Shown here piece by piece: positions 50,083 to 60,979 of a DNA stretch of 64,000 nucleotides (the stretch's first letter is position 1; each line of letters begins with the position of its first letter). Source of the stretch: Pachysolen tannophilus NRRL Y-2460 (Eukaryota); assembly GCA_001661245.1 (NCBI GenBank), contig KV454016.1, positions 1,052,268 to 1,116,267 of the forward strand. The letters run 5' to 3'. The notes under the pieces are model-generated. The model did not search any database. It was not told the DNA's origin and was given only the letters and a program-made list of their open reading frames with translations. The position numbers and the translations under genes are program-made.

Positions 50083-53000
50083 ATGATGTCAGCAAATGAT
50101 ATTGATTTACCCAGTTTGCCTGCTTTTAGTATGGTGAGAAAGGCTTCTAGTACGAGTGATAAATTTGTTTATTCGAATGGGAAACAAAAGGGGATTCCAA
50201 CAAATATTAAGAATAATGTTAAAAATAATACAAGAAATTATCAAGATTTTTTTGAAATTGTTTTCACAAGAGATGAAGTTAAAGATGTTATTCATTTGAT
50301 AACTGGTGAGATTAAGGCTAAAGGTACTAAATCTGAATTAATTTTTTTACCATTTAGACCTCAAAATGATGAATATAAATTGAAAAAATTTTTATCAAGA
50401 ATATTTATTAATAATGAAAAATTGGATAATTTAGATATAATTGAAAAAATTATTAAAAGAACTGATGAATTTACATTAATTTCTGCTTTAAAATTTTTTT
50501 GGTGTAGATTACCACATTCTTCAATAATTGGTTGGAAACCTTTTTTAAAATTTCAAAAAATGGAAAAAAAGCAAAATTATCCAAGAAGAGCATTTTTAGA
50601 TATTATGCCTCAATGTTTACATTCAACATCTCATGCTTCAATTGTTTATGATTTTTTAGATTTACTTATTTCTATTGCATCATGTACAAAAGAAAATAAG
50701 TTAAGTGGTAGAAAAATTGCAAAAATGTGTGCTATATGGGCATTTGATGGACCTCATCCAAATAATATTAATAATTCCAAAAATATAAGTTGTCATCCAA
50801 GTTATCAAAAAGGTTTAAATGATTGGATTCCTGCATCAGATGCAATGTTTCATCTTTTATTAGCCTTTTTAAGATCAATTTTACCAATAAGAGAAGAAGA
50901 TAAAGTTAAATTACCAAGAACTTTAAGATCATTAATTGCAAATAATTTATATCCACCTCCTTTAACAAAAGATTCAGATTCTTCAGGTTTACTTGAAGTA
51001 CCAATTATAACATTAACAGTAAATAATCCTTCAAAATCACCAACAGAATTAATTTCTAAAATTGTCAAGACATTAACTTTTGAAAATCCAAAACTTTTTT
51101 ATTCAAGAGAAGATTATATATTATTAAAAAATGTTTTTAATGATACTGCTAAAAATGTTATTAATAAGTTATCACTGGAAAATAAGAAAATTATAAATAA
51201 TTTTTGTAATATTGATGAAAATTTAATTGTAAATGAAAGAAATTCAAATGTTAAATTCAAATTAGTTGCTGGTTGGGCAGATGATTCAGATTCGATAATC
51301 AAAAATTCTTCTGATGATACTGAATACTTTACTGCTAATATTTCTAAAACTTTTATAGATGATTATTTTATATGGACTTGGCTCTCTACAATATCTCCTG
51401 AAGAAACTACTTCGAAAAGAAATATCTTTGGAAGAAGTTTCATCATGGAAGTTGAATTGGATGAAGATTATAAAAAATGGATTGTCATAGAGGAACAAAA
51501 TTTAAATGCAGAAAATGTTGTTGATGGTGAAGAGGATAATTTTAAAGAAAATGAAATGGTGAATGATAAAGATTATCAATTAGATTTGAAGTTACAAAAA
51601 TTGCAGAAAAGAGAAAAAGAAATTTTGGATTTAAAAATTAAAAAAGCACTGAGGAGGAAGCAATTAGAAGAAAGTAATGAATTACCCTTACCACCAATCC
51701 CACCAAAGGAAGTAATAAAAAATCAGATGAATGTTACTAAAAAGGATCATCAAAACCATAGCTCAAACCATAATGGTGATAACACAGCTATCACTTCTTC
51801 TAATAAACACCAATCCAAGAAGAGCAAGCCTACTAATAAACTAGGAATGAAGATATCCCAATCATTACTGAAATTAACGAATACCCATGATAGACCTCCA
51901 CCTTTGAAAAAGGACAGCATTTATATAGATTCTCCTTCGATGACTTTTAGCCAGGAACATTTTATGTTACCTGAATTTGGTGCTGATGATGACACTGATG
52001 ATGATTTGAATGAAGAATTAGAAAATTATTTGACTTCGGCAGGATTTGATTATTTAGAAACTTATGATAGAGATGGCAATAAGGTTAAAATAAATAGATC
52101 TCCAATAAAACTGAAATCAGGACCCGAGACTGAACAAGGACTCCAAATATCTTCATCTGTGAATGCTCAAGATATCACGCATAACATGAATGGTATGGCT
52201 TTGAAAGATGGATATGAAAATGGAAATAATAGTAATTATGCACCAAGTTTACCGCCAAAGGATGACGATAGAGATGGTTTTCTGAATAAGGGAGGTCAAA
52301 CGCATCACAAATTATCAAATACTACGAACGAAGTGAACTCGTCTGTTAATTCCTCTACTTCGAAGAAGAAGAGAAAACCACCTCCAAATATGAATGATGA
52401 ATCACAGCAACAGCAACAGCATTCCATCCCTAACCCTTACAGCCATAATGGTGGCCATCTGGAGTTACAAGTTTCGCCTCAACAAAATAGCTATTTGAGA
52501 AGGACTCCTCCTCCACCTCTGCCTGAATTGACAGAGATGCGTAGTTCACATAATGTTAACAATCAGCAATATGCTACTCCCCCTCTTTCTATTTCGTCAC
52601 CTAGAAAACAGGGTATAGACGGCTATATGACACCAGTGGTAAGTCAGCATGAGCAGATTCCTGTACCTCAACAGCAAATGCTGCAGTATGGGTATAATGC
52701 TCAACCTTCATACGTGAATGGTGAAGTTCGACATGAAGCACATCAATTTACTGAGCTGAATAAATACCAGAATGGATCTGCACCAACACAAAATAATGGA
52801 AAGTCTCAGTCTCGTATAGAGTCTCCAATAAGGTCTCCTGTAAAGTCTGGCCTGAGTTCTCCTAAGAAATTTGAAGCTATTTCAAATGCAGGATCACCAT
52901 CAAAGGTTTCATTATATGGTGGCAACAGTGACGATCTTGAGGGTTCGGCTTATTTTTCAATGAAGGAGCCTTCTTCACAGGAACTACTGCAAAATGCTGA

Positions 53001-54426
53001 CCAGCTGACTAGCGAAGATGCTCTTCCGCGTGCTTCAAGGACATCCCAGTTGATGGAAAATTTCAGCAATTTAGAAAATGAGTTACAAAAATTTTTATCG
53101 AATGCTGAAGAATTTGCACTTGATGGAAATAACGATGTTGATGTTTCGAAGACCAATAGTACTCCACCAAGGCCCAGAAAGCCTCCTAAAGAACCAGTTA
53201 TTTTAGATGAATCTGCAGATTTATCTTCAGATATGGCGTCTTCACTTGGAAATACTCCACTTTTGAATACGCAACACTCTGGTAATTACCATAGGGCTGA
53301 TGTTCCTGGACTGCCTCCAAGAGATCCTTCTCCATTAAGGCATCAATACGTACAGGAGGTTACAACTTACCCTCAAGGATCTTCGCCACAAATACAGCAG
53401 CATGTTTCTCATCAACAACACCTCCAACAACAACAATACATTCAACAGCAACCAGCACCACATCCACCAAATCCATCAAATCCATCAAATCCACCAAATC
53501 CACGTTCACCACATCCGCAACAACAACAACAACCTCAGCAGCTGCAACTTTCTTCTCCTGCTGTTCAACAGCAATACACTCAATCACCAATTCAACAGCA
53601 ACGTGCTTCTGCTCCCCACTATCAATATCATGATCAACAGCGTCCGCAACAACAACATCCTTCTCATCAGCAATATCCCTATTCTCAGTACATTCCGCAG
53701 AAATATCCGCAGCTGCAATATCCGCAGCTGCAATATCCGCAACCACAACCACAACCACCTCAGCAAAGGGATGGGCAATCTAGACCTACACAGGCTCCGT
53801 TAGCCTATGCTAATAATGGTGCACATCCTTTGCCAGGACAGCAGCCGCAGTTTGCAACACCTCCTCCATCCCTGAATTCTTATATGGCTCCACAACAGCA
53901 TTTGAACCCAAGGCCTGTTGCTCATGGTCAGCAAATTTACCCATCTCCGAAGTTACTGAAGTCACCTCAGCAGTACCCTCAGGCCCACTATTCACCTCCT
54001 CGTTCTGGTCAAGGTCAACAATATATGCGTCTGCCGAATTTACCTCCACCCCAACAGCAATTGCCACAGCAGCTGCCACAGCAATATCTTCAACCACCAA
54101 ATCAATATTACCAGCAGCAGTATATGCCACCTCAAATTCAGCAACAAGGGTCATATATTCCAAATAACCAGGGAGCACCAGTTTTTTCTCCGCCTTCAGT
54201 TTCAAGTAATGCGGGTAGCAAAAGACAGTCAGATAATTCTTTGCCAGATCAGATGATTCCTGTTCCAATGCAATATAATTATGCTCCCCCAGGAACTAGA
54301 CCTCAACAAACTACGAGCGATTTTGCAATTAATCAAATTCCTACTTCAGTAAAGGTTAATAAATTACATCGGACTGCAAATAATAAAAATAAAAATTTAC
54401 GTGATGCCATTGCTTCAGGTGGATTT
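50083..54426 (+). CDS. MSB1: Morphogenesis protein Msb1 (N-terminal DUF1708 domain, Pro/Gln-rich C-terminus); last two codons and stop displaced to 55038-55030 on the minus strand
   Basis: IHLITGEIK.KG, LKFFWCRLP..IIGW, SHASIVYDFLDL and IDDYFIWTW motifs; upstream of IES4-EXG1 as in YOR188W-190W. Confidence 0.88.
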
Positions 54427-55038
54427 TCGAGGCCGAAAAAATGCTACATCTCGGTTACCTCTTACTATTATTTCACTGTATCTTCGAAGAAAAAAAAGAT
54501 CTTAAAACAAAAAAAATTTTCTTTTTTTTCATAGTGATACCCTTGTGGATCACAAGTACGAAAAAATGAAAAGTTAAAAAAACAATGGTCCTACCTGCAT
54601 TTGGTTGTGCATAATATTGCATTTTCGCTTATTGACAAAAAAAGTCCCTAGTTTTAAGTCTCTGTCAAAATTTAGGCGTAAAGGTTTACTGCGTCTCAAA
54701 AAAAACATCTATTATTCAATTAAAATCAATCTGCAAATGTATAATTATGAGCAAGAGTATAGTAATAACATAGCAAGCATATACCATACGAAGATCATAG
54801 GAATTTTGGCATAGGATTTTTGGCCCTTTTTTGATTCAGACATTATTATTATACAAAAATGTCTAATATTAAAATATACATAATAAAGAAATATCTAATC
54901 TAGAACAGAACCAAGAAAGAAAAAAAAAAAAAAAAAAAATTAAAAACAAAATCATCAAGACATCTATCTATCTATTAACTAAATTATATAACGTTCAGAA
55001 AACAAACAAAAAACCTTTTTCTTTTCATTTCAAATGCC
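54427..55038. other. Inverted 612-bp segment carrying the MSB1 terminal codons, stop codon and 3' flank
   Basis: Re-inversion gives GGT GGA TTT GGC ATT TGA (GGFGI*), followed by T-rich and TATATA terminator-like sequence; 1-bp microhomology. Confidence 0.8.
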
Positions 55039-55502
55039 ATGTCATCTACAAGTATCATTCTAGAGATCAGTTTATTTAGTAAGTAAGAACTGGACTGTAC
55101 AGTAGGAACAAAAGTTTTTTTCTAAGCATTTCCATACCCCTTACTTTTTATTGTAAATTTTTATCACTTAATTATTTCTGCAATTTTTAATAAAATAACC
55201 AGAGCAATTACTAAAGAATCTAACTGGGATTTAAATTTTCAGACAGAACTATGCAGTTATTTTAAAAAAATTCAGGTATTTTAGATTTTAATATTGTATA
55301 GAACTCATTCTAGACACAAGAAAAGGGATATAAGTAGTGTAAAGTGTACTAATAAGGCGGATGCTCCAAAAAACAAAGCAAAAAAAAAAAGCAAAAAAAT
55401 AATTTTCAGAAATCAATAAAATACAAAAAAATAATAAAATGAGGACAACAAATAGTATTAATTAATTAATTAATTATTAATTGATGGGGAAAATTTTTTA
55501 AA

Positions 55503-56138
55503 ATGTCTAAGACCAAATTAGTAACACTACATTTATCATCAAAAGTATTAGGGAGTATAAAGGAGCCTTCTACACCTCCAAGGAATTCGAATAGTCAGAG
55601 TATAGCTTCTAGTCCTTTAATTCAGCCCACACCAGTTTCAGCGATTTATAATAATACTGAATTATTACAAGATCTTTCAAGGACAACGACACCAGGCGGT
55701 AATAGTTTAAATGTTGGAGCAAGTGGTGAACCGGCCAAGAAGAAATCTGGAGGGAAAAAAATTGTAGGAGGAATAATAAGTGGTACAAGTGGTACTGGTG
55801 GTGCTAGTGGTGGGAATAAAAAATATTTACTTTCTTCACCAGTTCCTGAATCACCTATAGGTGCAACTGATACTCCATTAAATAAGCTTGGTGGTACAAA
55901 TAATGGTAGAAGTGGATTGGCAGCTACCGCCAACGGTGGTTTATTAGAGTTGGATAAAACCGGTAAGCCTTGTAAAAAATGGATTAAAAAACCTAGACCT
56001 ATAAAGGCTTTTACTGGGTTTAATATTTCTTTATTGATATGGAAAAAAGATGGTCAATTTTTAAAATCAAAAGAACAAGAAAAAGATGTTAAAATTGAGA
56101 AAAAGGAGGAAGAAGTAGAGGCTTTAGCACTGTCCTAA
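55503..56138 (+). CDS. IES4: INO80 complex subunit Ies4-like (DUF1711)
   Basis: LDKTGKPCKKW.KKP..IKAFTG motif; lies between MSB1 and the exoglucanase. Confidence 0.75.
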   Translation: MSKTKLVTLHLSSKVLGSIKEPSTPPRNSNSQSIASSPLIQPTPVSAIYNNTELLQDLSRTTTPGGNSLNVGASGEPAKKKSGGKKIVGGIISGTSGTGGASGGNKKYLLSSPVPESPIGATDTPLNKLGGTNNGRSGLAATANGGLLELDKTGKPCKKWIKKPRPIKAFTGFNISLLIWKKDGQFLKSKEQEKDVKIEKKEEEVEALALS

Positions 56139-57389
56139 ATAAATAAATAAAATAATATATATAAATAATAATATATAATTGCAAAGCCTTATTTTAATTT
56201 TTTATTTTCTCAAATGAAAAAAAACAAAATTTAAATCAATGTAAAAAATTTTTTATTAAAAAAATCTAAGATTTAATCAATTATCCCCAACTCGGCTAAA
56301 CAACAATATTGAAATAATACTTTCTTTGCCCCTCCACGTTAAAGCAATTAATCAATTAATTATTATATATATAGCTATATATATATATATATATATATAT
56401 AGCACGGTCGTGAGTTGGCACACAAATAGTGCCTATTCAAGCATTAATTACAATTGTTTACAATTTACCGGATTTGTGGTAACTTTTTCATATCTCACCC
56501 TTTTCGGTTGTTAGATTTGCAGTAAACTAGGGAAATTCATTGAAAATCCCCAAAAAAAAGAAATAGTTAAACTTTAATTAAATCACGAGATAAGTAATTT
56601 TTGATAAAAAACAATAACAATTAAGCATGGTTACTAGGGTTTATATTTTTCGAAAATATGCATTTTTTTTTACTAAAAATCAATTACTTAAAATAGAAAT
56701 CTACATTGAAGATCCCTTGAAAATTATATAATAATCTATGTAAATTTAAAGGCACGCCTAATAAGCCTCTACTGAATTATTAACATAATCAACATTAACT
56801 TACATGTTACTTGGGTAATTCTGTGTCTGATTCAGTAAAATCTGCAAAAAATTCAATGTTTATGGGTACGATGAAATGGAAAAAGAAAACTAAAAAGAAC
56901 CAAAAAGACGCAGGAATGATGAACCCGTGCTTCTATTTATATATATCGATTAAAATAGTTTTTTTTTTATGCCCTTTAAGTATAACAAAATATTCATATA
57001 AATCTATATAAAGGTTTTAGTTTACTTTCTCTTTTTTTTTTTATTTTAATTTTATTCTTCTTTTTGTTAAATTATTTATTCTGAATTATATCTTAGTTTA
57101 AACATCAATATTTTAATTGATTTGACTTTGTGTATATTAATAAATTGTCAACTCGTTACTACTGTTTAGAGATCTAATCAGCGTTAAAAGAAGAAGAAGA
57201 AAAAAAAAATAATTTCAGCCGCCGTTAGAAATTAGATACATAAAAGTGGCTTAATTTTTTTTTTTTTTCCCTTGATAAAGAAAACGAAGCATTTAACTAC
57301 ATAATAAGCAGGTTCCTTCGCTTAATAAAAGAAAAGAAAATAAAATAAAAGAAAATTAGAAATAATATAAACATTATAGAGTTATTATT

Positions 57390-58658
57390 ATGAGTATACG
57401 TTCGTTTTTAATTTTATTGGTTCTTGTGTGGACAACTTTTGCTGCTCCAACAGGTGAAAGTTTAAAGTTTGTTAAGAAAGATTTAGCATTTGATTATTCG
57501 TCTCAAAAACTTTATGGTGTTAATCTTGGAAGTTGGTTTGTATTAGAACCATATATTACACCTTCATTATTTGAAGCTTTTGGTGATGATACTCCAGTTG
57601 ATGAATATCATTTTACTCAAAGATTAGGACAAACAGAAGCTCTGTCCATATTAAATGCTCATTGGAGTACTTGGTATACTGAAACAGATTTTGAAAATAT
57701 TGCTTCTTATGGTTTAAATTTTGTTCGTATTCCAATTGGTTATTGGGCATTTCAATTATTAGAAGGTGATCCTTATGTTCAAGGTCAAGAACTGTATTTA
57801 GATCAAGCATTAGAATGGATTAGAAGTAATGGTCTTTATTGCTGGATTGACTTGCACGGTGCTCCAGGTTCTCAAAATGGATTTGATAATTCAGGATTAA
57901 GAGATACTCTTGATTGGCAACAAGGTGATAATGTTAATATTACATTATCTGTATTGGAATATATTTCAAATAAATATGGTGGTTCGAATTATTCAGATGT
58001 TGTTATTGGAATTGAACTTGTTAATGAACCTTTAGGTACTTCATTGAATATGGATGAAATAAAATCTTTTTACTACGATGGTTATTCTAAAGTTAGAAAT
58101 GTTGGTGATAATGCTGTAATTATACATGATGCATTCCAAAGTGAAGGTTATTGGAATAGTGATTTAACAACTGATCAAGGTTATTGGAATGTTGTTCTTG
58201 ATCATCATCATTATCAAGTTTTTGATACAAGTGAAATATCTGAAGATATAGATACACATATTTCAGAAGCTTGTGGTTGGAATTCAGAAACAAATGATGA
58301 ATATCATTGGTCTGTATGTGGTGAATTTTCTGCAGCTTTAACTGATTGTGCTAAATGGCTTAATGGTGTTGGCCGTGGTGCAAGATGGGATGGTTCTTAT
58401 GAAAGTTCTACTTATTATGGATCTTGTGAAAATAAACAAGATATATCTACATGGTCTTCTACAGATATTGCCAATTCTCGTAAATATGTTGAAGCTCAAA
58501 TGGATGCATTCCTTAATGGAGATAAGAATGCCGGTTGGGTATTTTGGTGTTTTAAAACAGAAACCACTTTAGAATGGGATTTCAAAAGATTGGTAAATGC
58601 AGGAATTATTCCTCAACCATTAAGTGATAGACAATATCCAAATCAATGTGGATTTTAA
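57390..58658 (+). CDS. EXG1: Secreted GH5 exo-1,3-beta-glucanase
   Basis: Signal peptide, [35 protein letters not shown], catalytic NEP and GEFS, C-terminal YPNQC. Confidence 0.93.
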   Translation: MSIRSFLILLVLVWTTFAAPTGESLKFVKKDLAFDYSSQKLYGVNLGSWFVLEPYITPSLFEAFGDDTPVDEYHFTQRLGQTEALSILNAHWSTWYTETDFENIASYGLNFVRIPIGYWAFQLLEGDPYVQGQELYLDQALEWIRSNGLYCWIDLHGAPGSQNGFDNSGLRDTLDWQQGDNVNITLSVLEYISNKYGGSNYSDVVIGIELVNEPLGTSLNMDEIKSFYYDGYSKVRNVGDNAVIIHDAFQSEGYWNSDLTTDQGYWNVVLDHHHYQVFDTSEISEDIDTHISEACGWNSETNDEYHWSVCGEFSAALTDCAKWLNGVGRGARWDGSYESSTYYGSCENKQDISTWSSTDIANSRKYVEAQMDAFLNGDKNAGWVFWCFKTETTLEWDFKRLVNAGIIPQPLSDRQYPNQCGF

Positions 58659-58918
58659 AGTTTGCAATTCATTTCTGTCTCTAAACTTTATTTGTTTATA
58701 GACATGTAAGTTTATAATTTTTTTTTTTTTATTCTTTTTATTTTTTTTTTGCAACTTTAAATTTTTTTTTTTTTTTATTTATCTTTTCTTTCCTGTTGGT
58801 CATCTTAATTTTTCAATCTTGTTTGTTTATTATGTATTGCTTTATGATTTTTGTTTTTATTTCAGTTTCAGTTTCAGTTTTTTTTTTTTNTTTTTTTATT
58901 TTTTATTTTTTTCTCAGC

Positions 58919-59234
58919 NNNNNNNNNNNNNNNNNNNNNNNNNNNNNNNNNNNNNNNNNNNNNNNNNNNNNNNNNNNNNNNNNNNNNNNNNNNNNNNNNN
59001 NNNNNNNNNNNNNNNNNNNNNNNNNNNNNNNNNNNNNNNNNNNNNNNNNNNNNNNNNNNNNNNNNNNNNNNNNNNNNNNNNNNNNNNNNNNNNNNNNNNN
59101 NNNNNNNNNNNNNNNNNNNNNNNNNNNNNNNNNNNNNNNNNNNNNNNNNNNNNNNNNNNNNNNNNNNNNNNNNNNNNNNNNNNNNNNNNNNNNNNNNNNN
59201 NNNNNNNNNNNNNNNNNNNNNNNNNNNNNNNNNN
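58919..59234. other. Assembly gap (316 N) flanked by poly-T and poly-A tracts
   Basis: Run of N in the sequence. Confidence 0.99.
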
Positions 59235-59240
59235 TAAGAC

Positions 59241-59286
<46 letters not shown>

Positions 59287-59955
59287 GCATCTATCTCACT
59301 AGAAATTTTTAAAAATTAAATAATTTTGAATTAAAAGTTTTCTTAAATTAATTTGAAAACATGTTCTGTAAAATTTGTGAAATTTGTGAAATTTGTGAAA
59401 TTTCAAAAGAAAAATTTAAAGCAATAAATGTTATTTACTAACTCTAGTAATGAATCAATTAAAAGAAACTAAAATATCAAATTTTTTTAGATATTTTACT
59501 ACTCAAATACTGTTTCGGTTTCGGTTATTGTTTTGCCGATAAGCAGAAATTTTATTTGGCGCGTCGCTTTTTAAACTATTAAATTTTCGGGCTATTTCTG
59601 AGGCACCAAGAAAAGTCGTATAGTTTCCTGTAAAAAAGTTTAAATAAATAAAGAGTGCATCAAATTTAATTTTATCTTAAAGATTCCCATGCATTAGATA
59701 CTAATTTATCTTTCTACTTAGCTTCTAGTTTTGTTTATATAACCCAATTCTAAACCTTGAATATAATAAATATATATAAAAAGAAGTAATCTACCATGAA
59801 ACTGATAAATCCTTTTAACAAACCATAACAAAGAAAAAATTCATATGTATAAAACTATATAAAATTTGACCTTAAAAGTAATCAAAAATAATGAAAAAAA
59901 AAAAATACTAATCAAAGCATGGTTTTCTTGATAAATTTTAAACAGCCCTGCTGCC

Positions 59956-60979
59956 TTATTTTTCATCATCATCATTGAAAATTTCAATTGGCCATGTTGG
60001 ATCATTGAATCTCATGGTACGACCCATCTTGTTAGCAAGGTTTTCAATGATGCGTCCATCATCATCTGACAATTCAATTGTCTTAATGTTAGCATCAACT
60101 CTTTCTGGAGTAACAGATTTTGGTAAAACAACTGTTTCTCTCCAGATAGCCCATGAAATGACAAGGGTAGCAACAGAAACACCGTATTTTTCAGCAATCG
60201 CTATCAAAGTTGGATCTTTGAATAATGGCGAGTTAGTTGAACCTAAAGGAGAATAAGCTTCGACAAGAATACCTTGTTCTTTGCAGTATTGAACCAATTT
60301 GTTTTGTGGCAAATATGGATGACATTCAATTTGGTTAATAGCTGGCTTAATTCTTGTACTTGGATCATTTAATAAAGTTTCCAAATTCTTCTTTGAAAAG
60401 TTAGAAACACCAATAGATTTAACTTTACCAGTTCCCTTCAACTTTTGGAAAACTCTGTAGGAGTCAACAAATGACCAGTCTTCAACCATATCTCTTGTAC
60501 CATCTGGCTTCTTTGGGTATTTTGGATCATTACCATTTGGATTCAAAAAGATTGGCCAGTGAATCAAATAAAGATCTAAGTAATCTAAACCAAGAGCTTC
60601 TAATGATTCGTCCAAAGCCTTTTCTGGGTCATTGTGACGGGTACACCACAATTTACTGGTAACAAATATTTCTTCTCTTGGAACACCAGAATCTTTGATA
60701 GCTTTACCAACTTGAGCACCGTTACCGTAAGCCCAAGCAGTATCAATGTGTCTATATCCTGATTTGAGGGCGGCTAAAACAGAATTGTAAGCATCTTCAT
60801 CTGTGGATTTCCAAGTACCAAGACCAACAGCAGGAATTTTGTTACCATCTGGAAGCTTGAAAACTTTGTTTGTCCTGTTTAATACTCGTTAGTAATCTAT
60901 TCATTAAAAACTTTTTTTTTTTCTTTTTTCTTTTCAAATACTATTATACATACTTTTGAATTTGAACAGCTGCAGTCAT
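59956..60979 (-). CDS. Aldo-keto reductase (Gcy1/Ypr1-like); exon 1 60979-60954, intron 60953-60875, exon 2 60874-59956
   Basis: GTATGT...TACTAAC...CAG intron; spliced MTAAVQIQK-TNKVFKLPDGNKIPAVGLGTW, GYRHIDTAWAYGN, LYLIHWP, IGVSNF and LPKS motifs. Confidence 0.92.

Noticed and set aside
53360..54268. Several overlapping ORFs in alternative frames within MSB1
   Set aside because: By-products of the CAA/CAG/CCA-rich Gln/Pro region.
26685..55038. Site-specific recombinase sites or transposon termini at the inversion ends
   Set aside because: No shared motif, long inverted repeat or target-site duplication among the six junctions, and no recombinase or transposase ORF in the window.
58796..59319. 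ORFs spanning the N run
   Set aside because: Artefacts of the assembly gap and flanking homopolymers.
59370..59403. (AAATTTGTG)3 tandem repeat
   Set aside because: Short simple repeat between convergent genes; no spacers and no evident function.
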